From NCBI GenBank assembly GCA_001662655.1, contig KV460250.1: DNA of 64,000 bases; one strand, written 5' to 3'. Positions within the stretch are counted from its first letter, which is position 1. Every line of letters starts with the position of its first letter. Origin of the DNA: Pseudogymnoascus verrucosus. Taxonomy: Eukaryota. Below, piece by piece: positions 49,451-61,032 of the stretch. Position numbers and translations under genes: made by a program. The notes below the pieces were generated by a model that saw only the letters and a list, made by a program, of their open reading frames with translations, searched no databases and was not told the DNA's origin.

Positions 49451-52400
49451 ACATAATACTGTGTCAAGTACTACTCCGACACAATCATGCCGTGAGGGAC
49501 AGACAAGCTTCACGAAACAATAAGCTAGCTATACCTATAGCCTAGGTAGGGCACTCGTACACGCCACGATTCTCTATTCGTATTGCGAGTATTATAGGCC
49601 CTTACTCGTACAATACGATAGTAATCAGAGTACGTTCGGTCGACAGTCACGAGTACTCTACTACTACTACTAGTACTACTACTTACTACCACCACCAATA
49701 CTATAAATGGTAAAATGCACACTCTAAGTGCGTGCAGGACAACAAGGAACGGACGGCGGGCGACGGGGGGTTCCAAGGCGGTTACATACAAATACAATTT
49801 AGACCGAATACATACATTTTAGACGGAAGACCACTCCTCTAGGACTCACTCGAGACTCCACGTTACATACGACGGGCGTGACGGGAGAGCGAGTTAGGAG
49901 ATATGTACCCTACAGTATGTATGTACTGCACGATATGTCACTGCTACCAACACCATTACTGGGAATACTGTCACTCTGATATTCCTACCACTCATTCTGT
50001 CACTCTCTGCCAATACTCCCACTTCTACCACTTCTACCACTCCAACCACTCCAACCACTCCTGCCAATTACTCCCACTACTGTCACTCCTGCCAACTAAC
50101 TCCCACTCGCACGCCCTGCCACTACCATCCATCAGCACTTCCCCAACCACTCGGTCGTGGCTGCTAGTACTAACCAACGGCGGTGGTTGGCGTCGATGGC
50201 CGAGTGGTTGGGTCGATACCTCCCTCCTCGCTGCTGCTGGTTAGCACGACCCCTTCACACCCCACCACCACCCACCACCGCCGTACTAAGTTACCCTCCC
50301 CTCCCCTCCTCTCTTCCCGTCCACTCCCGTCATCCAACATAAGACAACGCCCAGTCCCCCAAACCGGACTCGGAAAAAGAAAACGTCAGACAATCAAGCA
50401 AAAAAAACCGGCTGTGAAAAAATAAATAAAAAAGGAGCGGACCCTGGCAAGAATAAGAAGAAGAAGGAAAAATGTGTTCGAAACACCCGGCGCAACGCAC
50501 AGCTGCATCCGGTCGGTGGTCCTGGCTCGTCTCGTCACATTTTTTTACAATTCGACACACTCAACCCACATACCATCGCCCGATTCAGGAGTTTGATTGA
50601 GAGCGAGGAGCGACTAGGCGGCGACGACCGAAAATTGGCATGCAAGGTAGGTGAGGAGGTAAAGTTGGACACCGCCGTACAGGCGAGACAAGGTCAGCTC
50701 AGCCGGACAGGGCAGGGCAGGGCAGGGCCATTTCGTGCTCTTCCTGTTTGCTGTACTGTGCTCTGTACATACACTTCTGGTGATTCCACCTCGTAAGGTA
50801 AGTTAGGTTAGCTGCTTCTGACAGGTGCTGCCCGAGCCCAACCCAGCCAAGGAAGGCAAACTATTTTTTTAAGACAGGTACGGGGGTAGGGAGGTGGGTA
50901 ACTTGATCTAAGGTTGAGGTTGTGTCTGTCGTCTAAGGTGAGGTTGAGGTTGTCGTCAGGCACGGTGGGGATGAGGCAAGACGACCTAACGGAGATGGAT
51001 GTGAAGGGAGGAGGAAGACCGACCAGCCTCGTTGACGAGTCAACTCAACTCCACCACTCTACTCTCTACTCTCTCTGCAATGCCACGTCTCACACTCACT
51101 CGGCATAGGTTGGAGGATGGGAAGGGCGAGGATGCATTTGATGACTGGCCTATATAGGTTATATGAGTGAGTGAGTGAGTGAGTGAGTGAGTGATACTCG
51201 CATCGCATCGCAGTGACCGGTGGGATGGATGGGCGTCTCGTCAATACATACTACTTCCATACCCACACATACCTACCTCCTACATACATACATACATACA
51301 TAATAACTCGGCGTACTATTTTTTTTTCCCTTTCTCCCTCCTCCAACAGCGACGGTGCAATACATGGATATCTTCCCCAATATCCCCTCCCCTCCCTCCC
51401 AGATCGCCATCCGGGTCTTCCTTCCGCAGCCGTCACCTCCTCCGCCCCTCGCTCGGACTTTATGTCTTATCGCCTCCGCGCTGGCCAACAAGGTGTCGAG
51501 AAGCTGGCACGATAAGGGCGGAGGTAAGTCCGACAGTGATCACCGAGCTCCACTTTCTCGGTCTTTGGTGTTGTTCTTGTCTGTAGGGGATCCGGAGGAG
51601 GACTGGGATTTTTGGGTGTATTTCGTCACTACTGGTGCTACTGGCAGGGAGGTGGAGGAGGTGAGGTGAGGTCGACGCAACGGGTGGGGGAGGAGGTAAT
51701 ATCACGGTCGGTGGGAGAGGACGGTCGGTGGTGTCTATCTATACTGGTGTGTTTGACGCTGTTTGAAGTACATACGACGGTTCAAGTCTGTATATGCTAT
51801 ACTTTACCAACTGTACCATCATCCACCATACACCCACATCCACCACCACCACCACCCGTCAGCATCAGCACAATCCACAATCCACCATACACAAAACTAC
51901 AATACACGCACGCCCAAGACTCCCCAAAAATGACATCCCATCCCATCCCATCCGCTCCTTACGCACGCACAAACGCACATCCTCGCGCCTTCCGGCGAAT
52001 GTACGATGTACTTACTTACTTACTTACTTACATACCTACAAACACACATCCCACCCCATCCCTATCCCCATCCCGTCCGTCTATCCCGTACATACAAATC
52101 CAATACTTATACATACCACACATACCAACTCCCTCCGTCTTCCCCTCCGTCTTCCCCGCCGTCTCCCGTCTCTCCCTCCCCGTGTCACAGTGGCGTCATG
52201 CCTCCTCCCTTCCAGCCAGCCAGGCAGGCCTCTCTCGTCTCATCCGCCTCGTCTTGGCCATAGGAGGGGAAATACGACACAGTACCACAGCAATACAAAA
52301 GGCAACGATGACAGACTCCCTTACCCTACGCATGCAGTTCCCCATCCATCCATTCACTCCGTCACATTCCTCCTCCTACTGCTACCACTACTAATCAATA

Positions 52401-53900
52401 ATCCCCCTCCTCACCCAGCCAAGCCATCCAGCATTCCCATCCGCCTTGCCTCGCCAGGTCCATAAGAAGCCCGCCTGCGCCCGTCGCCCGTAACACCCCT
52501 CCCCCCTCCTCTCCTCCGCTCACAACTCACATACTGTATTCTCCACTCCCCACTCCGCCTCCTCCGTCCGCTCCCTCACGTCGCGAAACCCGCAACCCGC
52601 AACCCGGGCGACGTAACCGCCCCCATCTCTGGTATCGTAACACACGTCACTGAAGGGAGGGGTTGGTGGGTTTGTGATAGGGTCGGTTTGTGATATCGTC
52701 GGTGATACCGTTCGCGCTCGCAGTGGTGGGCATAACAGGTAGCCGTGCCTATCTGTCTGTCTGTCTACTACAGTATAATACCTTTCGCTTCTACAATGGC
52801 TGGGCTGGGCTGAGTCGGTCGGTCTACATAACCCCGCGCGCACGCCCGCCGGCCTGGCCGCCCGCCACCTTCTCCCATGCCCTGCTGCCAACGCGGGACT
52901 ACTACACACACCGCCGACACGGTGTTTGCGCATCCCGTGCGCGGCGCGCGTCACCTGTACGCACCGCACAGCGCCATAGTGGCGAAAAGCCCATGGATAG
53001 GATGGAAAAGCCTGCGTCTCTAATGAGGAACTATTGAATTGAAGCCAAGACGAGGACGTCGGATTGACTCTTTTAAGAGGTAAGTGGGTAGGTAGATAAG
53101 GCAAGGTAAGGTAAGGTATGTTTGCTCCTCTCCGTCCCCTCTCTCTCTTCCCCCCGTCTCGCCCGTCGATCGTCCGTCGATTCCGTATATACATACAGAC
53201 ATACATACATAAACACGCACCAACCAACTAAATACCCATCTACCACCCATCCCCTCGCTGCACCAGACCGACCGGTCGGCTGGGATATCCGCCACACTGC
53301 TTGTACCCGCCACCACCAGCACCGCTGGAAGGAGCGGGTGCTGCTGTGTGTGGTTGGTAGTGAGGGATCGTCGGTAGGTCGGCTGGCGGCGTGCGGTGCG
53401 GGGATGGAGGAGCACGGCGGCGGAATGGGGGGATGGAAATGCATGCTACTCCTCTAGGAGAGAGTAGGTACAACAGTGGGTATTCGCTAGTTAAGTTAGT
53501 AAAGGTTGTGTGTGTGATGGAGGGGAGAGGATGGATGGGGTTTCTTGGGATTGTGGTTGTGTATGTGTGAGCTAGATGGAGTGTGGTGGGTGGGTTGTAT
53601 ATACTATATAAAGCAGAGGCAGTGTCTAGTTCTGTTTGGTCATGAGGAGGATTGCTAGATATATACGTGTCGTGCTGTGTATACTAAGAGAAGGAGATTC
53701 TAAAGGAACGAGCGATATCTCTCACCATTGCTCCTTCCCTCAGGACAAAAGGGAGAGCCACCATTTTATACAACTCCCACACAGCAACGCGACCCAATGC
53801 ACGCCCCCTATTTACTTAAACAGTGATCAGATGGCAAACCCATCCATTCCAGAGATTCAAATAGAACTTGTAAAGTTTCTACTAACACAAAAATAATCTA

Positions 53901-56900
53901 TCAAACAGCCCACCGCTCAACAACCTCAGCAAGCGTATCATCACCCCCAACGTTCCCAGGAAACACAATATACGGCACCCCCTTATGCCTCGACGTCTCC
54001 TCCTCGCATCTCCAGATCGGGACGCCCAGCGCTGCTTGCCCGAGGATCATGGCGCGCTTCATATTGAGGCCTTTTGTTGCTGCGTCGGAGGAGGTGATGC
54101 CGCCCTGTTTGTTCGGGTTAGTAAATTTGAAAGCTCTGTAATCGGAGAAATATGGTGGGATGGGGATAGGAAAGGGGGAGTTGAGCTTACCTTGGCGATC
54201 ACATATCGCGGCCGGACTGTGATATTCTCCAAAACCTTTACTAACGCAGCAGCGACGACCCCACCGATTTTTAGACTCGAAATCGCGTCTGAGCCGGTGA
54301 CGAGACGCCGCGAGGTCATGACTAGAACATCCTGCCCCTCTCCTAGTTTGACACTAGCTTCCTGGAATGCGTTTGACACCACCTCCTCCGCCTTCGGTCC
54401 CTCCCCAACCAGCGTCCCAACATCCAGCTCAATGACATGGAGTTTCCCCCCTCTCCGCTCCCTCAACGACGCAAGCTGCGCTGTAGTCTTAGGGACGTAG
54501 GAGCCGGCGATGACGAGCCCGCCCGTAGTAGCGACGCCGGAGTGGTACCCCATATCCAGCTCCTCAGCCGACATGGGTGCTTTTCCAGCTATCCCGAGGC
54601 GCGAGGAGACGAACGCCGCGCCGGTGCGGTAGAGATACCTCTTTCCCTGCTGCTCAGCGCTGATTGCTCCAGCTGCGAAGACGGCCATATCCGACTCCGC
54701 CGCCGCGTTGACGACGACCACGCTCCCCCTCGGTATCTGGAGTAAGCGCTCCGCTACCTTCTCGGGGCCACCGAGGCGGATGTCGGAGAGGGTTATGGAG
54801 AAGATGTCCTTTGGGTTGAATCTTGCGCCGGATTTCTCGATGATGTAGTCCCGGAGGCTGGAGGATGCGTATCCGAATGTCGCGTCTTGTGCAAAGGGGG
54901 TCTGGCTGGCGGGGACTAGGACCTCCTTCTCGGCGACGTAGTGCACGTCGTCGATCGTGTATCTGCCGCCCTGGTAGAAAAAGGGTGCGAGGATCCAGGC
55001 ATCTACCTCTCCAAGCACCTCCTCCGCGCTCTCGAGCTCCTCGAGGAAGTGCCCGCGGAGTGTAGAGTCCCCGCGGAGAACAATCTGGAAGGTCTTGTTC
55101 GTCTCTGCAGCGGCTTTGGCTAGGTTTTGGCAGATCTCGGAGATGAGGATCTCGGCTTCGGGACCGGGGAGGGCGCGCGAGTTGGTGAGGATGAAGAAAC
55201 CGCCCTTTGCTGATTGGAGTTCTTTGCAGAGGGTGCTGTGGTCCCAGACGGTGAGGACGGCGATGTCGTGGCAGGTTTGGGTGCCGGTTGGGTCGTCGTC
55301 GAGGGCTATGACGAGGGGGGTTGAGGGGTTGTCCACTTGGGATCGGATGGTGGAGAGGATGTCGTCTGCTCCTCCTGCTGCTGGGGGGAGGGAGGCGAGT
55401 GTCTCTTTGAGGGGGAGGGGAGAGTATTCCCTGGGTTTGTGAGTGGGAGCAGCAGGTGTCTTTGCGCTAGAGGAGACCGAGACACCGGTCATGAGTTCCC
55501 ATACTCGGACGACGCCGCCGTCGGCGTCTTTGGACCAGCCGTGGGATTCCCCCATGAGGTAGAGTTGGTGGGCTGCGGCGGTGAGGGGGGAGGCGTATGT
55601 TAATCTCTTTGCTTCATCGAGGACGATTCCCTGATTATTTAGTTAGTTTATAATCTAACTCATATGTATTTATGGGGGGACGACTTACCAAATCCTTCAC
55701 AAAAATAGCAAGTTGACTATGAGGCGTCCAATCCGCATTGAGCATAGCAGGAACGCGATTCTCAAACATCCAGCTCCCGCCAGCGGCATTCTTGATGATC
55801 TCGTACAGATTAGCTGTATCCAAGCCCAGTTTGGCTCCGAATGCCATGGCCTCTGCTGCTGCTGCGATGTGCACTCCGGCGAGGAGTTGGTTAATCAGCT
55901 TTACCGACGATGCGGCGCCGACACCTTCACTGATTCGATGGAGGTTCGTTGCTTGGCCGCTCATGGCTGTGAGGATTGGACGGGCTTTGGAGAGGGCTAG
56001 CTCGTTTCCGGAGGATATGATCTAGAACATTTTTAGTTGGTGGTGATTGATGGATCTGGTTTGGGGTCCAATTTACCGTAAGTTCACCCTTTGCCGCCCT
56101 CGCTACCCCGCCACTGACTGGGGCGTCGATTAACTCTAGTCCCTTTCCTAAACTCGATAGCTGTGTTGAGAGATCCCTGACAGCCGTTGGAGATACGGTA
56201 GAGTTCAGTATAACAATCGATCCCTCAGGAAGTGACTTGGCGGCAGCCCCAGCTCCAAACAAAACATCCCCGGCTTGGGCAGCATTTTGGACCATGAGGA
56301 CTAGTACCTCTGCCTCCCTAGCTGCTTCAGCTGGCGATGTAGCTGCTATTGCTTTGCCACCGCCGGCAACAAACTTCTGAATCGATGGCTCGTAAACGTC
56401 GTACCCCCAAACGTTGAATCCTGCCTTCACGAGGGAGGTTGCCATTCCGACACCCATTGCGCCTAGGCCAACGAATCCCACTTTGGATATCTCGAAGGGG
56501 GTCGCTGACGGAGTGAGCACGTCGGGTTGAAGAGTTGCTAACTTTGAGCTCTCGTGCACTAATGTGGGCGTTGACGGCGTGAAAATACGTACGATCCCCG
56601 AGTCATCCTCGCGCCCGAAGCCCTGGGATGAAGCAGAAAGGTAGAGTTGTTCTGCCACCGAGGAGAGCGGGACTGGGAAACCGTGTGACCGTGCGGAGGA
56701 GGTGACGATGCCCTACATTTATTCAATTTAGACTGTGGAAATTAGAATAGACGATGAGGGGATGTAACTCACCATGTCTTTGACGAAGATATCCAATGCT
56801 GAGTATGGGGTTAGATCATTGTCTAGCATATGCGGTACTCTGTTCTCGAACATCCAACTGCTCCCAGCTGCGGTCAGGATTATATCGTATACTTGTCGCG

Positions 56901-57576
56901 TGTTCAATCCGGCTTTCGCGGCGAGGCCCATCGCTTCGCCGGCCGCGGCGATGTGGATTCCGGCGAGGAGTTGATTGACCATCTTCACATTGCTCGCAGT
57001 GCCGATTCCACCGGGTATAATGTATAATTTTTCTGAAAGGAGCTTGAGTACTTCGTGGCCTTGTTGTAATGCTGATTCTGTACCGGCTGCTAGGATTGTG
57101 AGTTTTCCTTGCGAGGCTCGGACGGTTCCTCCAGAGACAGGGCTGTCGATTAGATGGATATCTGATCGGTCCATATAATCTAGCTTCTGTTGAACGGATT
57201 TTAAGAATGTTGCTGGTACTGTCGAGCATAATATGACTGTTGAGTTTGTGGGCAGTGCTACATTATGTTACAATTTGGCCCAGTCTTCCCATGGATGCAT
57301 GCTCATACCTTGGACAGCTCCATTCGCCGAATCGAACAATACTGATTCAGCTTGCTGTGAGTTTGTGACCATGCAGATTAAATATTGATTTCCCCTCGCA
57401 GCCTCTTTAGGAGACGATGACACCCCTCCTCCAACTGCCCTGAATTTCTCCAGGGAGGGTTCGTAGACATCGTAGCCAGTTACATTATGGCCCTCTGAGA
57501 CTAGATGAGATGCCATTCCAAGCCCCATTGCACCTAGCCCAGCAAAGGCAATGTTAAGGGCGCTACTTGACGCCAT
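53901..57576 (-). CDS. Fusion protein: two tandem beta-hydroxyacid (3-hydroxyisobutyrate/L-threonate-type) dehydrogenase modules plus a DUF1537 four-carbon acid-sugar kinase, 1121 aa
   Basis: Module 1: GLGAMG, DSPVSGG, VKMVNQLL, FENRVP, FVKDMGIV. Module 2: GLGAMG, DAPVSGG, VKLINQLL, FENRVP, FVKDLGIV. Kinase: LDDDPTGTQ, RGDSTLRGH, GGRYT, AKGGITSSD, FPGNVG. Five canonical introns (57258-57308, 56713-56772, 56022-56076, 55631-55688, 54105-54190) leave 3366 nt in one frame. Confidence 0.92.
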
Positions 57577-57838
57577 GATCGTGTGGTGTGTGTAAGTAAT
57601 TGTGTGTTGATAATACAAGCACGACGATGGTCGAGGTTATAATGAAGGCTGTATGTAAGTGAACTTGAACATAGAACAGGGTATAAGAAAGGACTTGAGA
57701 GGAAGAAAACAGAAAGAAGAAAATATATTTAAATATACTAACCATGCACAACCTCCGTAAAGTACAGTACCATTCCTTGGGAGGTTTTTCTTAACTTTAC
57801 TAATAAAACGTTAAAGTTGAGGTTGTTATCGTCAATCT

Positions 57839-58035
57839 CGGTGTTCCCTCCGCGATGGTGGCAGTTGGCAGGAACGAACGCTTAGTCAGCATCAGCTAGC
57901 CCCGCAGTGTACCCCGCAGTGTGGCCAAATTGCGGACTTCATCCCGAGAACCATCAACCAACAAGTTTGCTTTCTCGTGCATCTTCTCCATCCATTTTGT
58001 GTTTGCCTTGCTAACGTACATCGGCCTATCCACCG
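57839..58035. promoter_or_regulatory. Three CGG-N8-CCG elements (putative Zn2Cys6 dimer sites) in the divergent promoter
   Basis: CGGTGTTCCCTCCG 57839-57852; CGGACTTCATCCCG 57933-57946; CGGCCTATCCACCG 58022-58035. Confidence 0.65.
57900..57922. promoter_or_regulatory. Tandem putative CreA/Cre1 sites (11-bp direct repeat)
   Basis: CCCCGCAGTGT at 57900-57910 and 57912-57922; the reverse complement GCGGGG fits SYGGRG. Confidence 0.45.
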
Positions 58036-58166
58036 CGAAACAAAAGAGGCCTTGATTCGACCTGCAGGACACCCGGCATCATCGAGCCTAAGAAAATCGC
58101 CCTAAACGCGATAGTGGTATGGCTTTGGAATCGGAGATAACAGGCTAGAAGCGTCCACGCTCTAAG

Positions 58167-60480
58167 ATGGACAGCATCTCTCCATCTTCAGTAGCCCATT
58201 TGGGCGCCAGCATCCATAGTAGCGATGGGTCGTCTCGTGTGCCGAAGATATCGAGAAAGGTTCACGCGTGTACAGAGTGCCAAGCTCGAAAGATCAAATG
58301 CGATGTTAATCCACCACAGCGTTCCATATGCACTCGCTGTTCTAAGAAGCGGGTTCGCTGTGTAGTTAATAAGAGTCTACAGTCTCTTATAGGCGAGGAT
58401 ACAGAGTACGTCATGTAACGTTTTCTTTATTACTTTGTTAAGGAGATGTGGGGGGGATTCTTTTCAAGGCTATTTCGATATAGTCTTATCATCGTTTAAT
58501 TTCATGTCATGTTATATGGAGTAGGAACGTCTTGAATATGATAGCATTCAATCATATATTTCTTGAGTTTAGAGAGTCAGTCTAGTTAATTTATCTTCAT
58601 ATATTAATTATATATAATGCTCGGCTTACTGACAATACAATTTGATTAGATGGAAGACCACTATGGAAGAAAACAGTCAGACTCTGTCTCTCGCAGTGTC
58701 CAAGATCTTAAGCGTGTTAGAGCTTCCCTCTCTAGAATCATTTGCAGCGCAGCTACAACACAACCAGCTACAGCACAGCCAGCCACAGGCGCAACAAGCT
58801 GTCACCAGAAGTATCGAGGCTCCTGATAGGTCGAGACCCTTCCGAACATCAGGCATGGCCATGACGCGCGAGAATTCGCAAGAGCCGACCCAAAGCAGAG
58901 CAGATACTCTTGTCACTGACCCTATGGGAGCTTTGTATGAAGTAACCAAACTGAGAAATCTCCGGAGCAACAACCTCCATGGGCATGCTTACGCTGCCAG
59001 GCCAACAATTTTAGAGGACGATTTTATCTCCAAGGGCAAAGTTAGCGAAGCTGATGCTGAAGAATTGTTTCGAACCTTCAGTACTTCTCTCAATCATTAC
59101 CTGTGGGGTGGTATTGGTCTCGTCCATGACAACCTTACTTCTGTGCGACGGTCCTCAACTCTATTGCTAGCAGCCATTTTCACAGTTACAGCACTACACG
59201 TACCCGGGAAAGAGCAGGTCTTTGATATCTGTTATGCCGAATTCACGGCACTTGTTTGCGATTCCATGTTTGACCGATATCACACGTTGGACGGTATTCG
59301 AGCTCTTTGCATTGGCGCGTTCTGGCTTTCAGACGTTAGTTGTATGGAGCCCCATAGCCAAGAGGACTTTGTCAGATTCGAATGCTAACTATACACCACA
59401 GGGAAGCTTGCCGGCCACGCAGTTAGAATAGCGACAGAGTTAAATCTGCATCAGAGCTATTCTCGAGCGATGCGAGGCTCACGGGAGCATTTCGAGGGTG
59501 CGAGGCTGTGGTACTTTATATACGTTTGCGATCACCACTTCAGTATCGCCTACGGTCGACCGCCTGTTATTCACGAAGATGCGACGATTACAAACCATGA
59601 GAAATTTTTGAACCTGCCAGGAATCACACAAGCTGACTACCGCCTGCACAGCCAGGTTTCCGTATTCATTATCCTAACAAGAGTTTACAATACCTTTGGG
59701 CCAGATATTGAGCAAGTGGTCGCTGAGGGAGATTTGATACTCTTACGTCAATTCAACCACGCGCTTGATAGTTGGCGATTGCACTGGGAGTCCCGACTCA
59801 CCCCTAACCCTTTCATCGCAACGTACCCTGCAAAGGGAGTCGTTCTGCACTATCACTTTGCAAGGCTGCAAGTGAGCTCACTGTCCTTGCGTGGGATTCA
59901 GAAAGACGGCATGCACGACTTGACCATAGATCGGCGAGACCTAGCGAATACCGCCATTGCCTGTGCTACTTCCATCCTCCAGACTGTCCTGGATGAACCC
60001 GGCATCCGGAACTCCGTCGTCGGTGTGCCAATCTACCTCCACACTATGATAGCGTACTCTGCGGTCTTCCTCCTGAAAGTGCAGCAGAAGTGGAAGGCGT
60101 ATAATCTTAGCGCCGATGCTACTCTAATCCGAGATCTTGTGATGAGAATCATACGGCTTTTGCTCGATGCCAGAGCAGGTGAACGGCATTTATCAAGTCA
60201 TATCGCTACCGGCTTGAGTAAAATGTTGGACCGTTTCACATCATGGGAGGCAGGAGAGAAATCGAGGAATCTCCTTGTGGATTCGGGACGAATAAGCCAA
60301 GATGATCCAAACAATCCGGCAGCGCAGATGTGGGAACCAAACTATGCGATTTCTGACACTGGAATTCTTCGCATGTTCGATTCTTCAGTGCCGTTCTACG
60401 ATGAGCATTATTTCCCCTTGGGCTTTTTCGATGTAATGTCTGCTGGCCAGACGGATACCGAGTATCGACATCGGGAATAA
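58167..60480 (+). CDS. Zn(II)2Cys6 transcription factor with fungal middle-homology region, ~669 aa
   Basis: ACTECQARKIKCDVNPPQRSICTRCSKKRVRC, plus AVRIATELNLH and RLWYFIYVCDHHFSIAYGRP. Introns 58406-58649 and 59342-59401. Confidence 0.94.
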
Positions 60481-60734
60481 ATGGACGAACGTGAGACTCA
60501 CGAGGAGCTCTTGGAAGTCAACAGTGGAACGCCACAAATTAGAGGAAGCAACACTTCCTCGACTATTAATCTCCATGGAGATTTAAATCTTGTAGAATAA
60601 GTAATAATGTTACATGTACCGAGGTCCTACCTAGATCCCAATTCCAACTGACTGGACCCGCAAACCAATGCTCTGGGCTCTTTGACATCACATCAGCTTG
60701 ATTGGCCCCTCGCAGTTCTGTCCGTGGCGGAGTG

Positions 60735-60748
60735 CGGTGTTCTGTCCG
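60735..60748. promoter_or_regulatory. CGG-N8-CCG element upstream of the MFS permease
   Basis: CGGTGTTCTGTCCG, 12/14 identical to the element at 57839. Confidence 0.65.
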
Positions 60749-61032
60749 AGATCCCAATGTCCCCCTGTTGGCATTTTGATTTAGTGTCAGCGCCATTCCA
60801 CTAAAACGCGGGGAAAGCACCAAGAGTGGGTCATATATCCCCCCGTCAAATACTTACCCCAGGGCTAGACTCCGCATTACTTTCCCGCCCCAACTGCCGC
60901 CATGAATAGATAAAGACGAGACAACGTCTACTTTTTGAACATTCATTGAAGAGGTCAATCTCGTCATGACAGCATCTTTACCCTTTTTGAAATATTAATA
61001 CTACACACACTTCGATTTTAAACAATTTCGCA

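Noticed and set aside
49168..53473. Numerous 60-260 aa ORFs in the low-complexity region
   Set aside because: Translations mirror microsatellites (YVCM, HTHT, PPP); no domain or splice support.
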